Shown here piece after piece: positions 24,814 through 32,000 of a stretch of 32,000 bases of DNA. Numbering within the stretch: position 1 is the first letter of the stretch; the number at the start of each line of letters is the position of its first letter. Source of the stretch: Planctopirus limnophila DSM 3776 (GTDB lineage: Bacteria > Planctomycetota > Planctomycetia > Planctomycetales > Planctomycetaceae); contig NC_014148.1 of the NCBI RefSeq assembly GCF_000092105.1, positions 5,280,001 through 5,312,000 of the forward strand, written 5' to 3'. The position numbers and the translations under genes are program-made. The notes beneath the pieces are model-generated. The model was not told the DNA's origin. It saw nothing but the letters and a program-made list of their open reading frames with translations, and did not search any database.

Positions 24814-26160
24814 ATGAGTTGTCGCACGATGCCGCCATCCCGGCCCATTCGCCAAATCTCTGCTTTCTTGCTGCTCGTGATGACTTGGCTGGCCTGGCAA
24901 CTTGCCAGTGTTGCGATCATCGCAGCGGACGCTCCGGCCTTCAAAGAGGCGGTGGAATGCCATCCGCGAGGAGGTTTGCCCAATGTTCGAGCGAAGATCG
25001 AAGCTGGACAGCCTGTGAAGGTTGCCTATCTGGGGGGCAGCATTACGGCTGCAGCCGGCTGGCGTGTGCTTTCCCGTGAATGGCTGACGAAGCAATACCC
25101 GGGCGTTCCATTCGAGCAGATTGATGCCGCCATTGGTGGCACGGGTTCCGATCTGGGGGTATTCCGGCTGAAGAATGATGTTCTCCGTCACGGGCCCGAT
25201 CTGCTTTTTGTTGAGTTTGCTGTGAACGATGGGGGTGCTCCCCCGGAACAGATTCATAAGGCGATGGAAGGAATTGTCCGCCAGACCTGGAGGGCGAACC
25301 CCACGACCGACATTGTCTTCGTCTACACGGTCAGCGAGCCATTTCTGGAACAGCTTCGCAATGGCAAGATGCAGCGATCAGCCAGTACGATGGAAGATGT
25401 TGCTGAACACTACAAGATTCCTTCGATTCATTTGGGTGTAAAAGTCGTTCAACTGGAGAAAGATGGTGAGCTGGTTTTCAAAGCTCCCCGACCAGCCGAC
25501 ATTCGCGAGGCGAGGCCACTTGTCTTTTCGACGGATGGTGTCCATCCCCATGTGGAGACAGGCCACGAAGTCTATGCCGCCACGATTGCCCGCTGCTGGC
25601 CGGCCATTATGGAGGCCAGTGGGAAGCCGGCTGACCATGCACTCGATCAGCCATTACGGACCGATAACTTCGAGCGGGCCCAGCAGATTCCGATCACGGC
25701 AAACATGCTCAAAGGGACCTGGAAAAAGCTGCCTGCTGATCACACGCTGTCGCGGCGATTTGCCCGGAACATGCCCGAGCTTTATGAAGCGGAAGCTCCA
25801 GGCGGTGCACTCGAATTCACGATTGAAGGTTCCACACTGGCGATCTTTGACCTGCTGGGGCCGGACGGTGGGCGGTTAAAGATCATGTGGGATGATCTGC
25901 CGCCAACTTATCAGAACCGGATTGACCCGTATTGTACTTATCACCGCATGGGAAAGACGGCGATTGCCAGCGAGCGGCCCGCAGGGCGACATCACGTGCG
26001 GATTGAACTCACGCCGGAAAAGCTCAATAAGCGGGAGATTCTCTTCGAACACAACCGCAAAGATTACGATGACCACCCCGAAAAGTATGCCGACCACAAG
26101 TGGATCGTGGGCTCCATCCTGCTGATTGGCGACATTGTCACGGATGAACCTGCACGATAA
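24814..26160 (+). CDS. Secreted SGNH/GDSL-family hydrolase with an extra C-terminal domain
   Basis: Signal-like N-terminus ISAFLLLVMTWLAWQLASVAIIAADA. SGNH blocks are YLGGSITAA (block I Ser), GGTGSDLG (block II Gly), FAVNDGG (block III Asn) and DGVHPH (block V Asp/His). About 200 further aa have no known motif. Confidence 0.8.
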   Translation: MSCRTMPPSRPIRQISAFLLLVMTWLAWQLASVAIIAADAPAFKEAVECHPRGGLPNVRAKIEAGQPVKVAYLGGSITAAAGWRVLSREWLTKQYPGVPFEQIDAAIGGTGSDLGVFRLKNDVLRHGPDLLFVEFAVNDGGAPPEQIHKAMEGIVRQTWRANPTTDIVFVYTVSEPFLEQLRNGKMQRSASTMEDVAEHYKIPSIHLGVKVVQLEKDGELVFKAPRPADIREARPLVFSTDGVHPHVETGHEVYAATIARCWPAIMEASGKPADHALDQPLRTDNFERAQQIPITANMLKGTWKKLPADHTLSRRFARNMPELYEAEAPGGALEFTIEGSTLAIFDLLGPDGGRLKIMWDDLPPTYQNRIDPYCTYHRMGKTAIASERPAGRHHVRIELTPEKLNKREILFEHNRKDYDDHPEKYADHKWIVGSILLIGDIVTDEPAR

Positions 26161-26266
26161 CAATTATCTATACGGATTTTTTTAAGAACCCGCTCATTTA
26201 TATAGTACAAATGAACGTACAAAACGAATCCGCTTTATCAAGTCCATCTGTTGAGCACATCACCTG

Positions 26267-26275
26267 TGATACAAT
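26267..26275 (+). promoter_or_regulatory. Extended -10 promoter candidate (TGATACAAT) upstream of the DUF2007-like gene
   Basis: TG-A-TACAAT lies at 26267-26275 within a 36 % GC gap (65 G+C counted in 26161-26340), 67 nt upstream of ATG 26343. A TTGAGC at 26251-26256 is only 13 nt away, so it is not a well-spaced -35. Confidence 0.25.
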
Positions 26276-26342
26276 GTTTCAAAGAAAGCCAGTGATTCGT
26301 TAAGGTCTTCTCAGAAACTCATCACTTTATGGAATTGCAGGA

Positions 26343-26960
26343 ATGAGCCACGATCTCGTGACGCTGCGCGTTTTCTGGAACGAAGTCGAGGCCAACATCG
26401 CGGCGTCAATCTTACGAAGAGAAAACATCAAGGTCTATCTGAGTGGTGGCGAAATTGCGTCGATGGATTGGACTCTCGCCAACGCTATTGGAGGGATTCG
26501 TCTTCAAGTCGCTGAACAAGATGTGGAAAGATCGGAAGAACTTCTCGAACTTGCTGTCAGCGAAGATGCCGACACCTTACAGGCACGAACCGAAGAGAAT
26601 GGCTCTGGCAATCCAGACAAGGCTGATGACCATGAATCAAACTGGGATGAGGATGAGCTGCCCGATAGGTATCAACTCTCCGACGATGCTGCCCGTCGAT
26701 ATGAAGAAACTCTTTCATTGCGTGAGCAAAAGGCGGGTTACGCGTTGAGGTCTGCAACCATAGGTTTGCTGTTTATCCCGTTGCAGTTTTATACGGCATA
26801 TCTGATTCATGAAGTTTATACATTAGAGGGTCAGCTTCGCTCCAGATATGTTCGCTACACATGGGTTGCCTGTCTTTTTGCAGCCCCTTGCTTAATGTTT
26901 ATGGGAATTATGTTTGCGAAGCTGCTCGGGGCATTCCTGGAAACTTCTCTGGCTGACTAG
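26343..26960 (+). CDS. DUF2007-like (putative signal-transducing) N-terminal domain protein with an acidic linker and C-terminal TM helices
   Basis: LVTLRVFWNEVEANIAASILRRENIKVYLSGGE...GGIRLQVAEQDVERSEELL matches the small DUF2007 fold pattern. The C-terminus has two hydrophobic segments (IGLLFIPLQFYTAYLI and WVACLFAAPCLMFMGIMFAKLLGAF). Confidence 0.55.
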   Translation: MSHDLVTLRVFWNEVEANIAASILRRENIKVYLSGGEIASMDWTLANAIGGIRLQVAEQDVERSEELLELAVSEDADTLQARTEENGSGNPDKADDHESNWDEDELPDRYQLSDDAARRYEETLSLREQKAGYALRSATIGLLFIPLQFYTAYLIHEVYTLEGQLRSRYVRYTWVACLFAAPCLMFMGIMFAKLLGAFLETSLAD

Positions 26961-27150
26961 TAACTAGAATGAAGAGCTGCCGGTGCCCCTCCTTATAAAA
27001 CAGAAGCCACGTCGATGACGTTTCCATGGGATAAAGCAAACTCACTTTCAGTGTGTTGAACACCTCTCCGAGGAGCATATCGCCGCAAATAAAAGTTGAA
27101 TTCCCCACAACTGGCGAATGCTACAAAAAAGTGGAGCCAATCGCATTGTT

Positions 27151-28611
27151 TCAAGCCAGCATTTCCGGAATCACGTGCCCGTGGACGTCGGTTAGGCGGA
27201 AGTCGCGGCCCTGGAAGCGGTAGGTCAGGCGTTCGTGATCCATACCCAGTAGATGCAGCATGGTGGCATGCAGATCGTGGACGTGCACTGGACGATCTTC
27301 AATGTTGTAACCAAAATCGCAGGTCCGGCCGACCACCGTCGCGGGCTTGATCCCACCACCCGCAAACCACATCGAGAAACACCGGGGATGGTGATCCCGG
27401 CCGTAGTTCTGCGGTGACGGGCGGCCCTGCGAATAACTTGTCCGGCCAAACTCTCCACCCCACACGACCAGGGTGTCCTCCAGCAAACCACGCTGTTTCA
27501 GATCAGCCACCAGGGCAGCGGAAGGCTGATCGGTCTCCCGGCACTGCGTCGAAATTCCTCCCGGTAAGCCGCCATGTTGATCCCAGCCCTGGTGATACAA
27601 CTGGATAAACTTGACACCACGCTCTGCCAGGCGTCTTGCCAAGAGACAATTGGCGGCAAATGTGCCGGGCTTGCGGCTGTCGGGCCCATACATCTCGAAA
27701 GTGGCTTCGGTCTCGCCCGAAAGATCGGTGGCTTCTGGCACGCTGGCCTGCATACGAAATGCCATTTCATACTGGGCAATCCGCTGAGATAACTCAGGGT
27801 CGTGCGTCTCGACTTCACGCTCTTTCTGCAGTTGTGCCAATGTTTCGAGAGCAGCACGTCTTTGCTCGCGACTGACTCCCGGCGGATTGTTCAGATAAAG
27901 AACCGCATCTTTACCCGAGCGGAACTGAACTCCCTGATGCTGCGATGGAAGAAAGCCAGAGCCCCACAAGCGAGAATAGAGCGGCTGATCGGTTTTTCCA
28001 CGAGTAATCAACACCACGAACGCGGGGAGATTCTCGTTATCACTTCCTAAACCATAGTTGAGCCAGGCACCAATACTGGGTCTACCGGCAATCTGAGAAC
28101 CGGTCTGCAGGAACGTAATGGCTGGATCATGGTTGATCGCTTCTGTGTAGATGGAGCGGACGATGCAGAGGTCATCGACGATTTTGGCCGTATGTGGCAG
28201 TAAATCGCTGACCCACGCCTGTGCGGCACCATGCTGCTGAAAACCAAACTTCGATCCCACCATGATCAAAGAGGATTGATTGGCCGACATCCCGGTCAAT
28301 CGCTGGCCTTGTCGGACAGAATCTGGCAAGGCTTCTCCAAAGCGATCGTTGAGGAGGGGCTTATAGTCGAAGGTTTCCAGTTGCGAAGGCCCACCACTTT
28401 GAAACAGGTAAATGACTCGTTTGGCTTTGGGGGCGAAATGTGGCTGACGTGTTGCAGTGGGTTCTGCCCCAAACGATAAACCTGATGTCGAGCCTGTCAG
28501 TAGATGAGCCAGGGCCAGACTTCCGCATCCATTCCCAGCCTGGGCCAGCCACTGGCGGCGAGCCATCGCACTGAGGTTAGGCCCATCAGATTTCGGGAGT
28601 GGTTGATTCAT
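27151..28611 (-). CDS. DUF1501 domain protein (sulfatase/alkaline-phosphatase-like fold) with a Tat signal
   Basis: Twin-arginine leader MARRQWLAQAGNGCGSLALAHLL. Sequence blocks characteristic of DUF1501 are VIYLFQSGGPSQLETFDYKP, GRDHH and DLHATMLHLLG. Confidence 0.9.
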   Translation of the reverse strand: MNQPLPKSDGPNLSAMARRQWLAQAGNGCGSLALAHLLTGSTSGLSFGAEPTATRQPHFAPKAKRVIYLFQSGGPSQLETFDYKPLLNDRFGEALPDSVRQGQRLTGMSANQSSLIMVGSKFGFQQHGAAQAWVSDLLPHTAKIVDDLCIVRSIYTEAINHDPAITFLQTGSQIAGRPSIGAWLNYGLGSDNENLPAFVVLITRGKTDQPLYSRLWGSGFLPSQHQGVQFRSGKDAVLYLNNPPGVSREQRRAALETLAQLQKEREVETHDPELSQRIAQYEMAFRMQASVPEATDLSGETEATFEMYGPDSRKPGTFAANCLLARRLAERGVKFIQLYHQGWDQHGGLPGGISTQCRETDQPSAALVADLKQRGLLEDTLVVWGGEFGRTSYSQGRPSPQNYGRDHHPRCFSMWFAGGGIKPATVVGRTCDFGYNIEDRPVHVHDLHATMLHLLGMDHERLTYRFQGRDFRLTDVHGHVIPEMLA

Positions 28612-28954
28612 CGTCAGGGATCATTTCACAGGAAGTCGATAGCCAGCATGGCGAATGGTATCGCCACGAGATCGTGCGGGCTGGAACGAGTCCAAAACCT
28701 GCAGGCTAAAAAGAATTCTACGCTAATCAGAAATCAACAGCACGTTGAAAGTTCAGAAAAGCATGCTGGCTCGAAGTTGCATGTTTGACGTCTGGCTGGG
28801 GTCAAACGTCCTCGTTTGCCCCCAGATTGTTTGAATCTGATTGTTTATGGAGGATGTGCTCAAGTCGTGAATGCATATCGCGGATGCATTTGTGCCGGCA
28901 GCGTCCTGGAACTGGGGGCGGATGAAGACATCCGACCCCAACCACCCCGGTAAA

Positions 28955-29009
28955 GACCACGCCCTTCCGCAGAGCCTCCAGGGTCGTGCCACCCCTGGGA
29001 CGTGCCACC
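28955..29009. repeat. Dispersed intergenic repeat, copy B, with a local CGTGCCACC duplication
   Basis: The 17-mer GACCACGCCCTTCCGCA lies at 28955-28971. TCGTGCCAC lies at 28984-28992 and CGTGCCACC again at 29001-29009. A small hairpin CCAGGG(n9)CCCTGG surrounds the first GTGCCAC. The element lies in the 438-bp DUF1501-SPFH gap. Confidence 0.6.
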
Positions 29010-29049
29010 TGAGACCGGGCCACCATGTAATACGGGAGTTCTGTTGTTA

Positions 29050-29910
29050 TCACGACTCGGTGGTGGAGGAGCCTGTGCCGGGAGCATGTTTTCTGCCGCC
29101 GGCATGCACAGCGAGTACGGGTTGAGTTCGCTCGCCACTGCAAAGCACGACCAGTAGGTTCGAGATGAGCTGATCCCGGTCGGATTCCGAGAGTTCGAAG
29201 CCGCTGTCTCGCAGTCTTGTTACGGCATCTTTAACAATTTCGACGGCCCCTTCGACAATCGTCTTGCGGGCATCGATCAGAGCCATGGCCTGCTGACGCA
29301 TCAGCATCGATTGAGCAATTTCGGGAGCGTAAGTCAGATCGTTGAGTCGCACCATCAGCACGCGAATTCCCGCTGGATTTACGGCATCCTGCAGTTCGGC
29401 CACAAAAGCCTGACTGACAATTTCGCTCTCTTTTTTGAGGCACGGGATGGCGGGATCGCTCGATTCGTAAGGGAAGAGCGAACTGACCCGCTTGACTACG
29501 GCCCCGGCCTGATCTCCCAGAAAGCGGTGGTAATCGGTCACATGCAGAGCGGCCTTGATGGTGTCTTCGACACGATAAACGACCACCGCACTGATCAGCA
29601 CCGGGTTGCCATTTTTTTCCACCACGGTTTCGGTCGTCAGATTGTAGGTCGTATCACGGGTGGAGATTCTCTGGAGTGATCGGCCCACGGGATGAATCCA
29701 GCGGATCCCTTCGCTGCGCAGCGTCGTCAGATATTTGCCAAACCGCAAGACCACGACTTCTTCGCGCGGGCCCACAATGATGAACCCGAAGAGCAGAATG
29801 GGCGGAAAGATGACCGAGGCTGCAATGATCAGCCCCAGTTCCATCATGCCAGCGGTTTCGGCAGAAGGTTCTGAATATCGACTTGAAGGTTGAGTCGTGG
29901 ACATCGCCAT
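29050..29910 (-). CDS. SPFH / band-7 (stomatin-prohibitin-flotillin-HflK/C) family protein
   Basis: An N-terminal TM segment (LGLIIAASVIFPPILLFGFIIV) is followed by the SPFH core (EVVVLRFGKY...IRWIHP...ISTRD...VVYRV) and a coiled C-terminal region. Confidence 0.85.
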   Translation of the reverse strand: MAMSTTQPSSRYSEPSAETAGMMELGLIIAASVIFPPILLFGFIIVGPREEVVVLRFGKYLTTLRSEGIRWIHPVGRSLQRISTRDTTYNLTTETVVEKNGNPVLISAVVVYRVEDTIKAALHVTDYHRFLGDQAGAVVKRVSSLFPYESSDPAIPCLKKESEIVSQAFVAELQDAVNPAGIRVLMVRLNDLTYAPEIAQSMLMRQQAMALIDARKTIVEGAVEIVKDAVTRLRDSGFELSESDRDQLISNLLVVLCSGERTQPVLAVHAGGRKHAPGTGSSTTES

Positions 29911-30002
29911 TTCCAGAATTTGGGGAAGCTCTTTATCGAACCTGCCCTCTGGAACGAGAAGTCCACGATCTCAGATCATTGCAAATTTTCGAATCTTTTA
30001 AC

Positions 30003-30037
30003 GGGAGTTGGAAGTTGGGAGTTGGGAGTTGGGAGTA
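30003..30037. repeat. 5 x 7-bp tandem repeat GGGAGTT (G-rich on the + strand)
   Basis: The units are gggagtt ggaagtt gggagtt gggagtt gggagta, read directly at 30003-30037. The repeat lies between the stop of the 185-aa membrane protein gene (30091) and the SPFH start (29910). Confidence 0.95.
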
Positions 30038-30090
30038 CACAGCACGCATGGGATGAGGCGCACTGAAACTTGGAAATCCTTGAATCGGAA

Positions 30091-30648
30091 TTATTCTGAC
30101 TTGGTTGGTTCAATGGGAGTGGCAGGGATGGTTGCGGGCTGGGCATCCACTGCATTCGACTTGGTGGCTTGAACTTCGGCTGTGCTGGGTGTTGGGGCTG
30201 GTAGTTTGGCAGGGACGGCGACTTTCACATAGCCCGAAATGCCAATGATGATGGCCCCCAGAACGATGCCCACTGTCTGCCAGTAAGCCATGCGCGTGCG
30301 TACTTTTTCGGCCAGTCCAGAGCGTCCCACGAGCAGCGACGAGAGGAAGAACAGGCCAAAGGCCAGCAGCATCTTGGTGCCAATCAGGGCATGATAGATC
30401 GGCTGTCCTTTATGTTTGGGCATCGCCTGGAAGTAGTTATAAAAACCACTCACCAGGAAGAGCACAATCCCGATGTGTACAAACATCTTCCATCGGGAAA
30501 TAATGGCGGATCGTAAGGCGAGATGCTGATCTTCAGGCAGCTTGCTCACCACGGGATAGATCACAAATCGCAAAAAGACACTCCCCCCGATAATCACGAC
30601 GGCAGTTCCGATATGTGTCCAGCGGGAGAGGATGTCAACGGCTTCCAT
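30091..30648 (-). CDS. Four-TM integral membrane protein (CopD/DUF4149-like topology), function unknown
   Basis: 185 aa with four clear hydrophobic helices (HIGTAVVIIGGSVFLRFVIY, MFVHIGIVLFLVSGFY, MLLAFGLFFLSSLLV, VGIVLGAIIIGISGYV) and an Ala/Pro/Thr-rich tail. The family assignment is tentative. Confidence 0.65.
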   Translation of the reverse strand: MEAVDILSRWTHIGTAVVIIGGSVFLRFVIYPVVSKLPEDQHLALRSAIISRWKMFVHIGIVLFLVSGFYNYFQAMPKHKGQPIYHALIGTKMLLAFGLFFLSSLLVGRSGLAEKVRTRMAYWQTVGIVLGAIIIGISGYVKVAVPAKLPAPTPSTAEVQATKSNAVDAQPATIPATPIEPTKSE

Positions 30649-31029
30649 TTACTTAAACCTTATGCAAATAATGTGTTATGGCAGATTAATCAGCGAAGTT
30701 CAGTCGGTCGTATGGAGGCTAGGGAAGACCCAGCCTGTGGGATGCTCCGGCTCACATCCTTCGGCGGATGACATGAGACGAATCAGCCACGAGAGCATAA
30801 CACGCTTCGGCTTGAACTTCTCAAAAGTCTAGCCACCACAAAGTTTTGCACCACTGAATCCTGTTTTTGCTGGCCTTGTGAGGTTCCCGATCGCTCCAGC
30901 GATTGTCTGGCGGGTTGTGTGATCGCCATGGACTGGAGCAGTGATGGGCGGGAACAATCGAGAAACTGGTTACTCTTTCGCGATGTCGTCTGCTAAACTG
31001 GGGGACTTCTCAATACTGGCAGATACCAA

Positions 31030-32000
31030 ATGAAACGTTCTCGACCTCCCCGCCGCACAACATCTCTGGTCACTTCTTCACGAAATCAGGGTTCCAAATC
31101 AGCCCATCCGGATCAACCGGGCGAGGCCTCTGCGGGCGAACGTCTGCAGAAGGTTCTGGCAAGTGCCGGGTATGGATCACGCCGAGCCTGTGAAGAATAC
31201 ATCGAAATGGGCCGCGTGACGATTGATGGTGTGGTGGCGAAGGAATTGGGGGTGCGTGTTGATCTTTCCCGCCAGAAGGTCGCTGTCGATGGCGAAAAGC
31301 TGCGTGTGGAAGAAAAGCGTTACTTTCTCTTTCATAAGCCAGCAGGTGTGCTGTGCACAAATTCTGATCCTGCGGGTCGAACTCGTGTGATCGATTGCTT
31401 CCCGCCGAATGTCGGTCGGCTCTTTACGGTGGGCCGGTTGGACGATGGGACTGAAGGTTTGCTGATCGTGACCAACGATGGCGATCTTGCCGAGAGACTT
31501 ACACATCCCAAGTTTGGTATTCCGCGGATTTATCGTGCTGTCGTGGCGGGTAATCCTTCGACGGAGGCAATCAATCAGCTTCTTGAAGGGCTGTACTTCG
31601 CGGAAGGCCGCTTCCGCATGTCGAGCGTTAATCGAGTGAAGTCGCAGGGGTCTGCGACTGTGCTCGAAATTACCATGCGGGAAGGACAGAACCGGGAAAT
31701 CCGCCGGTTGCTGGCTCGCGTGGGGCATAAAGTGATGAAGCTCAAGCGGACTCATTTTGGCCCGATCAAACTGGGTGATCTCGAACGCGGAGCTCATCGC
31801 AAACTCTCGGAAGAAGAACTCAGCAAACTGCAGGATGTTATCACGGGCAAGTGGAAGGAACCGGCTCCCCGCAAGCCGCAGCGTACCCGCGATGCTGGTA
31901 AAGCGACTTCAGCGGGAGGGGTAACCAGAGCCTCGTCGTCTCGTGCAGGAAGTGCAGGTGCCACGCCTCGCGCCAGGCTGGAGCGCACGGCATTACCAGC
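31030..32000 (+). CDS. rluB: 23S rRNA pseudouridine synthase, RsuA/RluB family (3' end runs off the window)
   Basis: My own translation from ATG 31030 gives an S4 domain (ERLQKVLASAGYGSRRACEEYIEMGRVTIDG). The catalytic motif is VGRLDDGTEGLLIVTNDG and REGQNREIRRL is also present. A Lys/Arg/Ser-rich tail typical of RluB is still open at base 32000. The ORF is absent from the track because it has no stop in the window. Confidence 0.88.
   Translation, partial: MKRSRPPRRTTSLVTSSRNQGSKSAHPDQPGEASAGERLQKVLASAGYGSRRACEEYIEMGRVTIDGVVAKELGVRVDLSRQKVAVDGEKLRVEEKRYFLFHKPAGVLCTNSDPAGRTRVIDCFPPNVGRLFTVGRLDDGTEGLLIVTNDGDLAERLTHPKFGIPRIYRAVVAGNPSTEAINQLLEGLYFAEGRFRMSSVNRVKSQGSATVLEITMREGQNREIRRLLARVGHKVMKLKRTHFGPIKLGDLERGAHRKLSEEELSKLQDVITGKWKEPAPRKPQRTRDAGKATSAGGVTRASSSRAGSAGATPRARLERTALP

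Noticed and set aside
28984-29009. TGGCAC sequences on the minus strand of the dispersed repeat, considered as sigma-54 (-24/-12) promoters. The same was considered at 24573-24581.
   Set aside because: The required -12 element (TTGC about 4-5 nt after GGCACG) is absent. The downstream sequences are gtcccAGGG, gacccTGGA and gaaccTGAT.
28753-29143. Four overlapping ORFs (79, 113 and 92 aa on the minus strand, 84 aa on the plus strand) in the DUF1501-SPFH gap.
   Set aside because: They are mutually exclusive, and some overlap the SPFH 3' end. The one conserved element here, the 17-mer repeat, is read in different frames at its two copies, which argues against coding.
1-32000. A window-wide scan for CRISPR arrays, tRNA or rRNA genes, IS elements or transposases, integrases, toxin-antitoxin pairs and known defence genes.
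   Set aside because: I found no regularly spaced direct repeats longer than the short ones reported and no T-loop GGTTCGAATCC-type tRNA signature in intergenic DNA. No ORF has DDE, tyrosine or serine recombinase motifs or nuclease/ATPase defence-like motifs. Because this was done by eye, short or degenerate elements could have been missed.

Overview
This is a 32-kb, moderately GC-rich chromosomal segment with about 24 protein-coding genes on both strands. By eye I found no rRNA, tRNA, CRISPR array, transposase, integrase or phage gene. All domain calls come from motif recognition in the supplied translations; no homology search was possible.

The gene content suggests a Planctomycetota (Planctomycetaceae-like) genome, which is an inference. 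It rests on a Tat-exported DUF1501 sulfatase-like protein, several Pro/Gly-rich lipoproteins with L-x-G-C lipoboxes, a TadE/vWA/TadE triad and many hypothetical envelope proteins.

Well-supported housekeeping genes are acs, queD, infA, rnhA and a 3'-truncated rluB-like pseudouridine synthase. Other recognisable genes are a HAD hydrolase (5'-truncated), a Gfo/Idh/MocA oxidoreductase, an Amidase_2 peptidoglycan amidase overlapping an alpha/beta hydrolase gene by 4 nt, a SnoaL/DUF4440-like protein, an SGNH hydrolase, a DUF2007-like membrane protein and an SPFH/band-7 protein.

No canonical defence, secretion or mobile system is present. The best candidates for undescribed biology are:
- **6.1-11.2 kb:** a stand-alone minor-pilin-like TadE / TadG-vWA / TadE operon, preceded on the same strand by an 800-aa secreted Pro-rich protein of unknown fold.
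- **13.65-16.8 kb:** a 1050-aa single-pass membrane protein that fuses a periplasmic HlyD-like barrel-sandwich domain to a predicted cytoplasmic right-handed beta-helix.
- **19.9-23.2 kb:** a polytopic membrane GTPase with an internally duplicated N-terminal module, followed across a 38 % GC spacer by a small membrane-anchored protein with twin C-x3-G-W-x2-C motifs.

Several non-coding repeats are also reported: phased 15-bp repeats, a 5 x 7-bp G-rich tandem repeat, a 17-nt dispersed intergenic repeat and a CTGAGA cluster. None of these functional interpretations is proven from sequence alone.
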